Assembly: GCA_016784145.1 (NCBI GenBank)
Contig: JADHVF010000001.1
Coordinates: 90,367-154,366, forward strand
Length of the DNA stretch: 64,000 nucleotides
Reading direction: 5' to 3'
Origin: Patescibacteria group bacterium
GTDB lineage: Bacteria > Patescibacteriota > Patescibacteriia > UBA2591 > UBA6264
Shown: positions 6,266 through 16,096 of the stretch, piece by piece
Layout: each line of letters opens with the position of its first letter
Position numbering within the stretch: position 1 is the first letter of the stretch
Notes under the pieces: model-generated
Told to the model about the DNA's origin: nothing
The model's input: the letters and a program-made list of their open reading frames with translations, nothing else
Databases searched by the model: none
Made by a program: the position numbers and the translations under genes

Positions 6266-8752
6266 ATGTTTGAAACAATAACAATTACTTCTAACATGAT
6301 AGGGATAGCTTTAATAGGAATAGCCAGCATGGTTATTTTTATTATTTTAATTAAATATTTAAGAAAAATTAGTGCTTTTAAGTTTTCTTTTGAGAGAATT
6401 GTTTTATTGATTACAATTCCAAAACATTCAGGAGACAAGAACAAAGATAACCAGCAAAAATCAGCTAAAGAAATGTTAAAGCCAATGGAAGATTTTTTCA
6501 GTATTGTGGCTGGACTCAAGGCGCAGAAAGGCATAAAATCATATCTTTTTGGTAGAAGTGATGCTTTTTCATTTGAAATTGTATCTGATAAAGACGGCTT
6601 AATTTCTTTTTATTTTGTTATTCCAAAAGAATCTCAACAATTTTTTGAACAACAAATTCAAGCACAATATCCAAGTGCTAATGTAGAACAAGTGTCTGAT
6701 TATAATATTTTTATTCCCCAGGGAGAAGTAACAAGTTCTTATTTAAAACTAAAAAATTATTCAATGTTTCCTATAAAAACATACTTAAAATCAGAAACCG
6801 ATCTTTTAATTGCAGTAATAAATTCTCTAAGTCAAATTCCAAAAGAAGATGCAGCTTGTGTTCAATTTGTAGTTCAGTCAGCTAAAAAAGGTTGGCACAA
6901 TTGGGGAAGCAAGGTTGCTAGAGAGATGCAACAAGGCAAAAAGTTAGATAAAGCTATTTCAGTTGCCATGACTGGTCGTTTTATGTCTTTGATAAATAAT
7001 CTTTTAAGCTTGTTTGGAGGAGTAAAACAGTCAACAGAACAACCCAAAGAACATAAGCTTTCTCCAATGGATCAAGAGGTTATTAAATCATTGGAAGAAA
7101 AATCAAGCAAGGCAGGCCTTGATGTTAATATTAGAATTATTGTTTCTTCAAAGACAGTTCAAAAAGCAGAGATGTATTTAAATAATATTATAAATTCATT
7201 TGCTCAATTTACAACTTATGAATATGGTAATGGTTTTCTCCCAAACAAGAAAAAGCAAGCCAAAACAATTCATGACTTTATATACAGATTTCTAGATAGA
7301 AAAAGAGCTTGTTTGCTTAATGCAGAAGAAATGGCTAGTGTTTTTCATTTACCAACAGCTGAAATACAGACTCCAAATATAAATTGGCTTTTAGCAAAAA
7401 AAGCCCCGGGACCAATAAATATTCCTCAGCAAGGATTATTCTTGGGATATAATATTTTTAGGGGGGAGAAAACACCAATTAGAATTAAAAGAGGGGACAG
7501 AAGAAGACATATGTATGTTATTGGCATGACAGGAGTAGGTAAATCATGGTTTATTGAAGGACTATGCATGCAAGATATTGTTAATGGGGAAGGGGCTTGT
7601 TTTATTGACCCGCACGGAGACGCAATTGACCATCTTTTGGAAAGAATCCCTAAACAACGGGCAGAAGATGTTATTTTATTTGACCCGGCTGATATTGAGA
7701 GACCTTTAGCACTTAACTTGCTTGAATATGATACTCCTGAACAAAAAACATTTGTTGTTAATGAAGTAATGAATATTTTTGACAAACTATATGATTTAAA
7801 AGCAACCGGGGGGCCAATGTTTGAACAATATTTTAAAAATGCATGTTTACTAATAATGGATGACCCTGAATCAGGCTCAACCTTATTAGAGGTCCCAAGA
7901 GTTTTGGCTGATGAAGAATTTAGAAAAATGAAATTAGCAAAATGCAAGACAGAAGTTGTTAAGGATTTTTGGGAAAAACAAGCTCTTAAAGCTGGTGGAG
8001 AGGCTTCTTTACAAAACATGGTTCCGTATATTTCTAGTAAACTAACCCCTTTTATTGCTAATGATTTTATGAGGCCCATTATTTCACAACAAAAAAGTAG
8101 TTTAAATTTTAGTGAAGCCATGAATAATAAAAAAATTATTTTAGTAAAATTGTCAAAAGGGAAGATAGGGGATAATAATGCTTATTTATTAGGCATGATT
8201 TTAATCGCCAAACTTTTAATGGCTGCCCTGGGAAGAGGGGGCATCCCAGAAGAAGAAAGGAATGATTTTTATTTATACATTGATGAGTTTCAAAATTTTT
8301 TAACTGATAGCATGGAAACGATTTTATCAGAAGCTAGAAAATATCGTTTATGTTTAACCATTGCCCATCAATACATAGGCCAGTTAGTAAAGGCAGGGGA
8401 TACTAAATTTAAAGATGCTATTTTCGGTAATGTGGGGACAAAAGTTGCTTTTAGAATTGGAGTTGATGATGCAGAGGCCTTAACAAAAGAGTTTGCGCCT
8501 GTTTTTAGTGACAGTGATTTCTTGAATATGCCAAAATATACAACTTATACTAAACTGTTGATTGATAATGCTAATCCCCCTGGTTTTAGCATGGCCACGG
8601 TACCATTTGATGATATTCCAGGGGTTGGAGATGCTAATCCAGCCATGGCTGAAGCCATTGCTAAAATTTCCCGGCTTAAATATGGCAAAGACAGAACCAT
8701 AATAGAAAGAGAAATAGCAGACAGGGTTAATAAATTAAAAGAACTTGAATAA
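6266..8752 (+). CDS. VirD4/TraG/HerA-like type IV coupling ATPase
   Basis: N-terminal TM, RRHMYVIGMTGVGKS (Walker A), FIDPHGD, LYIDEFQNF (Walker B), SEARKYRL, IFGNVGT. ATG 6266 preferred to TTG 6230. Confidence 0.9.
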   Translation: MFETITITSNMIGIALIGIASMVIFIILIKYLRKISAFKFSFERIVLLITIPKHSGDKNKDNQQKSAKEMLKPMEDFFSIVAGLKAQKGIKSYLFGRSDAFSFEIVSDKDGLISFYFVIPKESQQFFEQQIQAQYPSANVEQVSDYNIFIPQGEVTSSYLKLKNYSMFPIKTYLKSETDLLIAVINSLSQIPKEDAACVQFVVQSAKKGWHNWGSKVAREMQQGKKLDKAISVAMTGRFMSLINNLLSLFGGVKQSTEQPKEHKLSPMDQEVIKSLEEKSSKAGLDVNIRIIVSSKTVQKAEMYLNNIINSFAQFTTYEYGNGFLPNKKKQAKTIHDFIYRFLDRKRACLLNAEEMASVFHLPTAEIQTPNINWLLAKKAPGPINIPQQGLFLGYNIFRGEKTPIRIKRGDRRRHMYVIGMTGVGKSWFIEGLCMQDIVNGEGACFIDPHGDAIDHLLERIPKQRAEDVILFDPADIERPLALNLLEYDTPEQKTFVVNEVMNIFDKLYDLKATGGPMFEQYFKNACLLIMDDPESGSTLLEVPRVLADEEFRKMKLAKCKTEVVKDFWEKQALKAGGEASLQNMVPYISSKLTPFIANDFMRPIISQQKSSLNFSEAMNNKKIILVKLSKGKIGDNNAYLLGMILIAKLLMAALGRGGIPEEERNDFYLYIDEFQNFLTDSMETILSEARKYRLCLTIAHQYIGQLVKAGDTKFKDAIFGNVGTKVAFRIGVDDAEALTKEFAPVFSDSDFLNMPKYTTYTKLLIDNANPPGFSMATVPFDDIPGVGDANPAMAEAIAKISRLKYGKDRTIIEREIADRVNKLKELE

Positions 8753-8756
8753 AATT

Positions 8757-9842
8757 ATGGTTATTTATAGAAAATATCGACCACAAAAATTTAAAGATGT
8801 GATTGGACAAGCCAATATTATTGAGATTTTACAAGGGCAAATAAAACAAGATAAAATAGCTCATGCTTATTTATTTACAGGCCCAAGAGGGCTAGGAAAA
8901 ACAACCATTTCTCGCTTAATCGCTAAAGCAGTAAATTGTCAAACAAGAAAAAAGGGAGAATCAGAACCATGCAATAAATGCTCAAATTGTCAAAACATCA
9001 CTCAAGCAAGATTTCTTGATTTAATAGAGCTTGATGCAGCTTCACATACAGGAGTTGATAATGTTAGGGAAAATATTATTTCAATTAGTCGTATTCCGCC
9101 ATCCGCTGGAAAATATAAAATATTTATTATTGATGAATGTCATATGCTTAGCAAGTCAGCTTTTAATGCCTTGTTAAAAACATTAGAAGAACCACCTGCT
9201 AATGTTATTTTTATTTTGGCAACCACGGAAATTTTTAAACTACCTGATACAATTATTTCAAGATGTCAGAGATTTGACTTGGCAAAAGTTTCTATTGATG
9301 AAATTATTAAAAGATTAGCTAAAATTGTTAAAGCAGAAAAAATTAGAGTTAATCCTCAAGTATTAGAATCAATTGCTATTAGAAGTGAAGGATGTGTCAG
9401 GGATGCTGAAAGTTTATTAAATCAGGTATTAGCTATTGATACTAAAAAAATAACAGCCAAACAAGCAGAATTAGTAATTCCGTTGGCTCAATCAGGATTG
9501 TTATTTGAGTTTTCATCTGTAATATTTAAAAAAAATGATGCTCGTGCAATTAAAATGATTAATGATTTTATAGATAAAGGAATGAATGTTGAACAATTTA
9601 ATACAGAATTGATTGAGTTTTTAAGAAGAATTATGCTTATAAAAATTGGCACTGTAAAACAGAGTGTTTTTTGGAAATATGATGAACAATTTTTCAAAAA
9701 AATGACTAAACTTGCCAAAGAAGTTGAATTAAATGATTTAATTTTATTTATAGAAGAGTTTATCAAAGCAAAAGTGCAATTCAGATACAATGAAATCGCA
9801 CAATTGCCTTTAGAATTAGCAGTTTTAAAAATTTGTAATTAA
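8757..9842 (+). CDS. dnaX: DNA polymerase III subunit gamma/tau (short form)
   Basis: YRKYRPQKF, GPRGLGKT, Zn cysteines, DAASHTGVD, IIDECHML, SRC. Confidence 0.95.
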   Translation: MVIYRKYRPQKFKDVIGQANIIEILQGQIKQDKIAHAYLFTGPRGLGKTTISRLIAKAVNCQTRKKGESEPCNKCSNCQNITQARFLDLIELDAASHTGVDNVRENIISISRIPPSAGKYKIFIIDECHMLSKSAFNALLKTLEEPPANVIFILATTEIFKLPDTIISRCQRFDLAKVSIDEIIKRLAKIVKAEKIRVNPQVLESIAIRSEGCVRDAESLLNQVLAIDTKKITAKQAELVIPLAQSGLLFEFSSVIFKKNDARAIKMINDFIDKGMNVEQFNTELIEFLRRIMLIKIGTVKQSVFWKYDEQFFKKMTKLAKEVELNDLILFIEEFIKAKVQFRYNEIAQLPLELAVLKICN

Positions 9843-9955
9843 AAATATAATATGAGTGATTTTTTATTAGAAATAATTAGAGGAGTAATTATTTCGAGAA
9901 TTTTTCTCATATTTTTATAACTGGTAAAAAATTAGAAATAGAATAAATATATTGT

Positions 9956-10026
9956 TCGGGGGTCGTCTAATGGCAGGACATTAGGTTCTGGTCCTAAGAA
10001 TCGGGGTTCGAGTCCCTGCCCCCGAG
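9956..10026 (+). tRNA. tRNA-Gln (anticodon CTG); CCA not encoded
   Basis: Acceptor stem TCGGGGG/CCCCCGA plus G discriminator; anticodon arm TTAGG-TTCTGGT-CCTAA; T-loop GGTTCGAGTCC. Confidence 0.95.
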
Positions 10027-10121
10027 TTTAGATATTTTAAATTTTTTTAATAAAAAAGACTGGATTTTGATTATTTATGTGTTATAATTAATTTATATAA
10101 TTAGTATTAATTTTTAATCTT

Positions 10122-10508
10122 ATGGCATTATCTATTTTTCTGGCAAAAGTAATTGGACTTTTATTTGTAATAATGGGTCTGTTATTTTTCTTTTACAAAA
10201 AAAACTTTAAAATAATCTTTAAAGCAATAGCCAATGAAGAAGCAATGGTTTTATCTGGCTACCTTTCATTAGTGCTCGGGCTTTGCATGGTAGTTGGACA
10301 TGATTTCTGGTATGGCGGTATATGGAGAGTTATAATTACTCTTATTGGCTGGCTAGCTTTAATTAAGGGAATAGTCAGGCTTGCTTGTCCAAAATATACA
10401 GTTAAAATGATTCACAAGCTTCAAAAAAAAGACAGTATCTTGCAAGCAATGGTGGTCTTTATGATGGTGCTTGGGGCATATTTAGCATATATGGGATTTT
10501 CTTTATAA
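10122..10508 (+). CDS. Small 4-TM membrane protein
   Basis: 128 aa, hydrophobic; IITLIGWLALIKGIVRLACP motif. Confidence 0.8.
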   Translation: MALSIFLAKVIGLLFVIMGLLFFFYKKNFKIIFKAIANEEAMVLSGYLSLVLGLCMVVGHDFWYGGIWRVIITLIGWLALIKGIVRLACPKYTVKMIHKLQKKDSILQAMVVFMMVLGAYLAYMGFSL

Positions 10509-10515
10509 AATAATA

Positions 10516-10630
10516 TAAAAAGGAGCGGACAATTTTGTCGCTGGGGATTAGAGGTTTTCTTTTCCTTCTTTAATCCAAGAATGCGCATGTTTTAGCCATA
10601 ATGCGTTCTTCTGTCCTCAGCGACCTTTTT
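10516..10630. ncRNA. Candidate structured intergenic RNA (family unknown)
   Basis: Stems 10537-10547/10614-10624, 10545-10554/10567-10576 and 10577-10588/10601-10610; minus-strand TATAAT at 10636-10631. Confidence 0.4.
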
Positions 10631-10692
10631 ATTATAAACATACTCCACAGAAATTTATTTGACAAAATTTAATATTTTTTTATAATATTATT

Positions 10693-11622
10693 ATGATTGA
10701 AGTTAATAAACTAACAAAAAAATTCGGACATATTTTAGCGGTTGATAATGTTTCTTTTGATATAAATAAAGGAGAAGTGGTAGGATTTTTAGGACCAAAT
10801 GGAGCTGGTAAAACAACTACGATGAGAATTATCACAGGCTTTTTATCTCCGGACAGAGGAGATGTTAAAATTGTTGGCATTTCAGTAAACAAAGATCCAA
10901 TCAATGCTCGTAAATTGATTGGATATTTGCCTGAAAATAATCCACTATATGGAGATATGCTTGTATCGGAGATGGTTAATTTTACTGGAAAATTACAAAA
11001 TATAAAAAAAACAAAATTAAAAAAATCAATTGAATTTATAGTTAATGCAACTGGTATTTCAGAAATTTATTACAGACCAATTAAGGAGTTGTCTAAGGGG
11101 TATAAACAAAGAGTTGGGATTGCCTTGGCACTTTTGGGAAAACCAAAAGTTATTATTTTAGATGAACCAACCGAAGGGTTGGACCCTAATCAAAGAATTG
11201 AAATTAGAGAATTGATAAAAAATTTAGCAAAAGATAGAACTGTTATTTTGAGTACTCATGTTATGCAAGAGGCTTCAGCTGTTTGTAGTCGTTTGATTGT
11301 TATAAATAAAGGGAGAATAATAAGCGATGGTTCTCCAGAAGATATTGCTAGGTCAACTCAACCAGAAAACATCATTGTTGTTAAAATTCAAGGAAATGAT
11401 GTTCAAAAACATATTGAAAGATTGGATGATGTTCAAGAATTTGATTTATTACAATCAAATAAGGATGTTTTGGCTGCTAAAATAATAGTGAGACAAGACA
11501 GGGTTGTAGAACCTCAAATTTCTAAATTATCTCGCACATATAATTGGACTATTTGGAAAATGTATCCTCAAGAAAAACAACTTGAAGATGTATTTAGAAT
11601 TCTTACTTCGAGAAAAGATTAA
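10693..11622 (+). CDS. ABC transporter ATP-binding protein (GldA-like)
   Basis: GPNGAGKTT, LSKGYKQR, ILDEPTEGLDP; promoter TTGACA(10659)-N16-TATAAT(10681). Confidence 0.92.
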   Translation: MIEVNKLTKKFGHILAVDNVSFDINKGEVVGFLGPNGAGKTTTMRIITGFLSPDRGDVKIVGISVNKDPINARKLIGYLPENNPLYGDMLVSEMVNFTGKLQNIKKTKLKKSIEFIVNATGISEIYYRPIKELSKGYKQRVGIALALLGKPKVIILDEPTEGLDPNQRIEIRELIKNLAKDRTVILSTHVMQEASAVCSRLIVINKGRIISDGSPEDIARSTQPENIIVVKIQGNDVQKHIERLDDVQEFDLLQSNKDVLAAKIIVRQDRVVEPQISKLSRTYNWTIWKMYPQEKQLEDVFRILTSRKD

Positions 11623-11629
11623 ATAAATT

Positions 11630-13855
11630 ATGAATAAAAAAAATATCTTAACAATTATAAAAAAAGAGTTATCAGCTTATTTTAATAATCCAACTGCTTA
11701 TGTTATTGTGGCTGCTTTTTTATTTATGGCCGAGTTTTTATTTTTCAAACAAGCATTTCTTATTGGACAAAGTTCTTTGCAATCTTTATTTTTTTTATTG
11801 CCATGGCTGTTTCTTTTATTTATACCAGCTATTACCATGGGCTCAATCTCGCAAGAAAAAAATCAATCAACTCTTGAGTTCCTTTTAACAAAACCTTTAA
11901 AAGAAATAGACCTTATTATTGGAAAGCTTTTATCATCTTTAATTTTTGTAACAATAAGTTTATCATTTTTTATTCCCATAGCAGCTAGCTTTTCTACTTT
12001 GGGAAATTTTGATTGGGGAGCATTTGTAACACAATATTTAGCAGCAGTATTTTTAGCAGGTGTTTTAATAAGTTTAGGTATATTTGTTTCAAGTTATTTT
12101 GACAATCAAATTTCATCATTTTTAATTTCTGCTATATCAAGTTTTTTTATTATAATTATTGGATTTGACATTATTACAGCTAGTTTGCCTTATTGGTTGG
12201 CAAATATTACAGGAGAATTGTCTGTTCTAACCCACTTTACTTCAATGTCTCGTGGAGTTATTGATTTTAGAGATGTCTGGTATTTTATATCTTTTGTATC
12301 GTTATTTTCAGCTTTGGCTTATTTGCGTCTAATGAAGAACAAATATAGCAATCAAGCCAAGAGATACAGGACATATAAAACAGGTATTTTATTATTTATT
12401 GGCATAGTCATCTTTACAAATATTATTGGTGCTCGCTTGCCTGGTAGAATTGATTTAACTCAAGATAAAATTTTTACATTAACAACCACAACCAAAAACA
12501 CACTGAAAGATTTAGATGATATTGTTAATATCACATTATATGTATCAAAAGATTTGCCTGCTCGTGTTAAGCCAGTTATGAATGAAATAAAATATACTTT
12601 AAATGATTATAAAAAACTAGCAAAAGGGAATATTCAGGTTGATTTAAAAAATCCAACAGTTAATCCAGCGGTTGTTAATGAAATGAGGTCATATGGAGTT
12701 AATGAAATGCAATTTAATGTTATTGAACAAGAGGAATTAAAAATAAAAAAAGGAACATTAGGAATTGTGGTTTCTTATGGTTCAAAATACGAAACAATAC
12801 CATTTGTTCAAGATACAAGAGATTTGGAATATAATTTAACTAAATTTATAACTAAATTAACAAATAAAAATAAAAAGAAAATTGTTTTTTTTGATGGTTA
12901 TGGGTCAAAAAAAATAGAAGACTTTAGCTTAATAAGACAAGAACTTGAACAACAATTTGAAGTTAGTAGTTTTGAAATTAATCTTGAAACACCAGAAGTT
13001 CCAAGTAATACTAACTTGTTAATTATTCCGGGAGTGTCAGAGCAAATTGATGAATCAGTTTTGCAAGGGCTTGATAACTATGTTAAAAACAAAGGAGCGA
13101 TTATGGTTTTATTGGACGGCGTTTTTATAAATCCTCAGGCACAGCAGATTAACAAAAATGAGACCAATTTGATATTATGGCTAAAAGATAATTACGGGAT
13201 AACATTAAATAATGATTTGGTTTATGATTTGCAGTCAAACGAGATGGTTTCTTTTGGTGGAGGATTTTTTAGCTATAGTTTACCATACCCATTATGGGTT
13301 AGGGGATTACCATTAGACAATATTCCAATCACTAATAGAATCTCTAATATTGTTTTGCCTTGGACCAGTTCTTTAAAGGTAAATGAAACAAAGGCATTGG
13401 AACAAGGATTTAATCCAATGGTTTTATTTACTACAAGTCAGTCAGCCGGGTCTATAAAAGAAAATTATAATATAGCTCCTGACCAAACTTTTCCTAAGGA
13501 TAATTTAGCTAAACAAGATTTAATAATTGCTTTAGAACCAAAGCAATTAAAATCAAATTTAGGCAGGATTATAGTGGTTCCAGATTCTGACTTTCTTTCT
13601 AATGCTCATATTCAGGGAAGTATTCAAAACAGCGCTTTTGCGCTTGAATCATCTTCATGGCTAAGTCAAGAGATATCATTGGCTGGTATAAAAATAAAAC
13701 AAAAAAATAATAATAAACTTTTATTTCAAAATCAAAATCAACCAAAATTAATTAAATATATTAATTTATCAATTAGTATCATAATCCCTTTTATAATTGG
13801 GTTTACTTATTTATTAAAAAGACGCAACAAGCAACAACTAACTTATTTGTCTTAA
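11630..13855 (+). CDS. Fused ABC-2 permease (GldF-like) and GldG-like auxiliary domain
   Basis: KKELSAYFNNPTAY six-TM permease, RIDLTQDKIFTL GldG signature, C-terminal TM. Confidence 0.88.
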   Translation: MNKKNILTIIKKELSAYFNNPTAYVIVAAFLFMAEFLFFKQAFLIGQSSLQSLFFLLPWLFLLFIPAITMGSISQEKNQSTLEFLLTKPLKEIDLIIGKLLSSLIFVTISLSFFIPIAASFSTLGNFDWGAFVTQYLAAVFLAGVLISLGIFVSSYFDNQISSFLISAISSFFIIIIGFDIITASLPYWLANITGELSVLTHFTSMSRGVIDFRDVWYFISFVSLFSALAYLRLMKNKYSNQAKRYRTYKTGILLFIGIVIFTNIIGARLPGRIDLTQDKIFTLTTTTKNTLKDLDDIVNITLYVSKDLPARVKPVMNEIKYTLNDYKKLAKGNIQVDLKNPTVNPAVVNEMRSYGVNEMQFNVIEQEELKIKKGTLGIVVSYGSKYETIPFVQDTRDLEYNLTKFITKLTNKNKKKIVFFDGYGSKKIEDFSLIRQELEQQFEVSSFEINLETPEVPSNTNLLIIPGVSEQIDESVLQGLDNYVKNKGAIMVLLDGVFINPQAQQINKNETNLILWLKDNYGITLNNDLVYDLQSNEMVSFGGGFFSYSLPYPLWVRGLPLDNIPITNRISNIVLPWTSSLKVNETKALEQGFNPMVLFTTSQSAGSIKENYNIAPDQTFPKDNLAKQDLIIALEPKQLKSNLGRIIVVPDSDFLSNAHIQGSIQNSAFALESSSWLSQEISLAGIKIKQKNNNKLLFQNQNQPKLIKYINLSISIIIPFIIGFTYLLKRRNKQQLTYLS

Positions 13856-13870
13856 ACAAAACAATAAATT

Positions 13871-14425
13871 ATGTCTAAAAAATTAATAATTACATTTGCT
13901 GTTATATTTCTTTTGCTGGGGCTAATTGTTCTTTATCCTTTTATTGAAAATAGAAATACAAACAATAAAACAAAAATTGACACAAATTTTTTAGTAGGCA
14001 TAAATTTGAATTTAATTGAAAAAATAAGAATAAAATCAATTGATGAAGATGAAATTCTTTTAGAAAAAGACGATGATTTATGGTCAGTGAATGGCTTTCA
14101 AGCAGACAAGGAAATTGTAAATAATTTTTTGAATAGTTTAAAAAATATAAAAGTAGATAAAATTGTTTCAAAAAATCCAAGCAATCATAAAGAATTTTTG
14201 CTTGGGAATGACTTGGGTAAAGAAATTATTATAATCCAGGAAGATAATATAATAAGTTTTTTGACTGGGAAAAAAGGAGTTGAATACAATTCTGTTTATT
14301 TAAGATGGCCCAACCAAGATGAAGTATATCTAGTAAAAACAAATATAAATGATTTTTTGATTAAACAATCTCAAGAATGGGAGAATAAAGATATTAATGT
14401 AAATACAGATAAAAATATAGATTAA
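13871..14425 (+). CDS. DUF4340-like membrane-anchored protein of the Gld-like ABC system
   Basis: N-terminal TM, LEKDDDLWSV...AD, YLR...VYLV pattern; operon context. Confidence 0.75.
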   Translation: MSKKLIITFAVIFLLLGLIVLYPFIENRNTNNKTKIDTNFLVGINLNLIEKIRIKSIDEDEILLEKDDDLWSVNGFQADKEIVNNFLNSLKNIKVDKIVSKNPSNHKEFLLGNDLGKEIIIIQEDNIISFLTGKKGVEYNSVYLRWPNQDEVYLVKTNINDFLIKQSQEWENKDINVNTDKNID

Positions 14426-14506
14426 AAATTGTTTTTTAGTAAAAAAAAGTGTTATAATTTAACCTGTGTATAATTAATTACATTTAAGAAATTAATCTAA
14501 AAAAAT

Positions 14507-14881
14507 ATGGAAAAAAAGTATCTTTATTTATTAATCGCAATCATTGTGTTAATAATAATTGTTGTTGGCATGATTTCTCAGACCACAACCAAAAATCTTA
14601 CAGAAGAAGCATTAATTGATGCGACTGAAAAACAAGAAATAATTAAAACAGATTCAGAGGAATTGTTGGTTGACCCAACCAACAAAGACGCATTACTTGA
14701 TCCTTTTGGAGAAAAAATTAGTGGAGCAGAAACATTGGAAGCTAATTTAGAGGACATTGAAGAATCTCTTACAGGAGAAATAGATTCATTTTTAAATGAA
14801 CTTGAACAAATCGAAGAAGATTTAGGGGATGATAGTGCTTTAGAATCTCTTGATGATGAATTAGTTAACATTTTTGAATAA
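14507..14881 (+). CDS. Small membrane-anchored acidic hypothetical protein
   Basis: N-terminal TM; D/E-rich tail. Confidence 0.75.
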   Translation: MEKKYLYLLIAIIVLIIIVVGMISQTTTKNLTEEALIDATEKQEIIKTDSEELLVDPTNKDALLDPFGEKISGAETLEANLEDIEESLTGEIDSFLNELEQIEEDLGDDSALESLDDELVNIFE

Positions 14882-14912
14882 AATAATAAAATAAAAAAAT
14901 AAAAATATTTTT

Positions 14913-15812
14913 ATGAAAAATAAAAACATCAAAAGCACTTTTATTATTGCTATAATTGGTACTATTTTGTCTAGCATTTTAGTTTCAGCCACATTGGCTC
15001 AGGCAGGTGATTTAAAGACCAAACAACAAATAAAAGCCCGTACTATTATGCTCGAATCTCCAACCGCTAAAAGCAAAAAACCTATATTAAAATATAAAAG
15101 CATTAAAAGTAGTTACAAGCAAGAAGTAGATGCATTTAAGAATACAAAAAAACAATTTTTAGATGCCAGGGGGAAATTCAAGAGCTTCAAAAATAAAGAA
15201 AACAAAGCAGTGCTTGAAGACAGTGCTAGGGATTATTTAAAAAAGACAATATTAGTATTAATAAAAAAAACAGAATCAATCAATGACTGGGTCTCTAATG
15301 ATAAAAGCATAGAAGACCAAGAAAAAAATAATATAATTACTGAGTTAGATTCAGATATTTCATGGCTAAATTCAATGGTTGACAATATAGATGAAGCAAC
15401 CCAAGAACAAGTAAAAGTCAAAGCAAAAGAAGTAAAAGATTACTGGAAAGAGCATCGTGTAAAGATGAAAAAAATTACTGGTCAAATCATGGCATCAAGA
15501 ATCAGTTTTCTTATTAAAAAAAGTGAATTAATTTCAACTAAAATTTCAAGCAGAATAGAAAAATTAAAACAAGCTGGTAAAGATGTTTCAGCCATAGAAG
15601 CAATTCCAAATGTTCTTAATGAGAAAATTAATTTAGCAAAAGTAAAAGCAACCTCAGCTAAAAGTACATTTTCGTCAATATCAAACTTGTCAGAGGCTAA
15701 TAATCTATTTTTAAAAGGTAGAGGGTTTGTTAGCCAAGCGCAGACATATATAAAAGAAGGCAGAAATAGTATTAAACAAATGATTTCAGCGCACAGACAA
15801 GCAAACAAGTAA
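14913..15812 (+). CDS. Secreted basic all-helical hypothetical protein
   Basis: Signal peptide; Lys/Ala-rich helical pattern. Confidence 0.8.
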   Translation: MKNKNIKSTFIIAIIGTILSSILVSATLAQAGDLKTKQQIKARTIMLESPTAKSKKPILKYKSIKSSYKQEVDAFKNTKKQFLDARGKFKSFKNKENKAVLEDSARDYLKKTILVLIKKTESINDWVSNDKSIEDQEKNNIITELDSDISWLNSMVDNIDEATQEQVKVKAKEVKDYWKEHRVKMKKITGQIMASRISFLIKKSELISTKISSRIEKLKQAGKDVSAIEAIPNVLNEKINLAKVKATSAKSTFSSISNLSEANNLFLKGRGFVSQAQTYIKEGRNSIKQMISAHRQANK

Positions 15813-15846
15813 GAATACTTTATTAAAAATAATTTAAGTATATAAA

Positions 15847-15874
15847 AAAAGGGCTAGAATTTTCTAGCCCTTTT
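15847..15874. terminator. Bidirectional terminator
   Basis: AAAAGGGCTAGAA-tt-TTCTAGCCCTTTT. Confidence 0.85.
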
Positions 15875-16051
15875 ATGGTCTTGCTTACGCTTATTAAGGA
15901 GGATAGCAGAAACTGCCCAAAATCTTTATCCAAGATTTTTCAAAAGCAGAGAGATATTCAATAAAGGATAAGCATAGACCTTAAAAACCTCCATTTTTTT
16001 TGTATAATTTCTTAAGTATTATAACAATAGCATATTTAAATATTTTGTCAA
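15875..16051 (-). pseudogene. Decayed mini-unit (promoter, GGAGG, broken short frame)
   Basis: Minus-strand TTGACA at 16051-16046, GGAGG near 15990, frame MEVFKVYAYPLLNISLLLKNLG* continuing past the stop into the terminator. Confidence 0.35.
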
Positions 16052-16096
16052 GCTTTGTATGTTGAAAAAATAATGTATTTTTGATAATATAAAAAC

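Noticed and set aside
9852-9920. 22-aa hydrophobic ORF (MSDFLLEIIRGVIISRIFLIFL) between dnaX and tRNA-Gln
   Set aside because: Too short to support in AT-rich DNA; may just be tRNA leader sequence.
9956-10121. tRNA-Gln as the integration site of an island
   Set aside because: No duplicate of the tRNA 3' end and no integrase were seen in the window.
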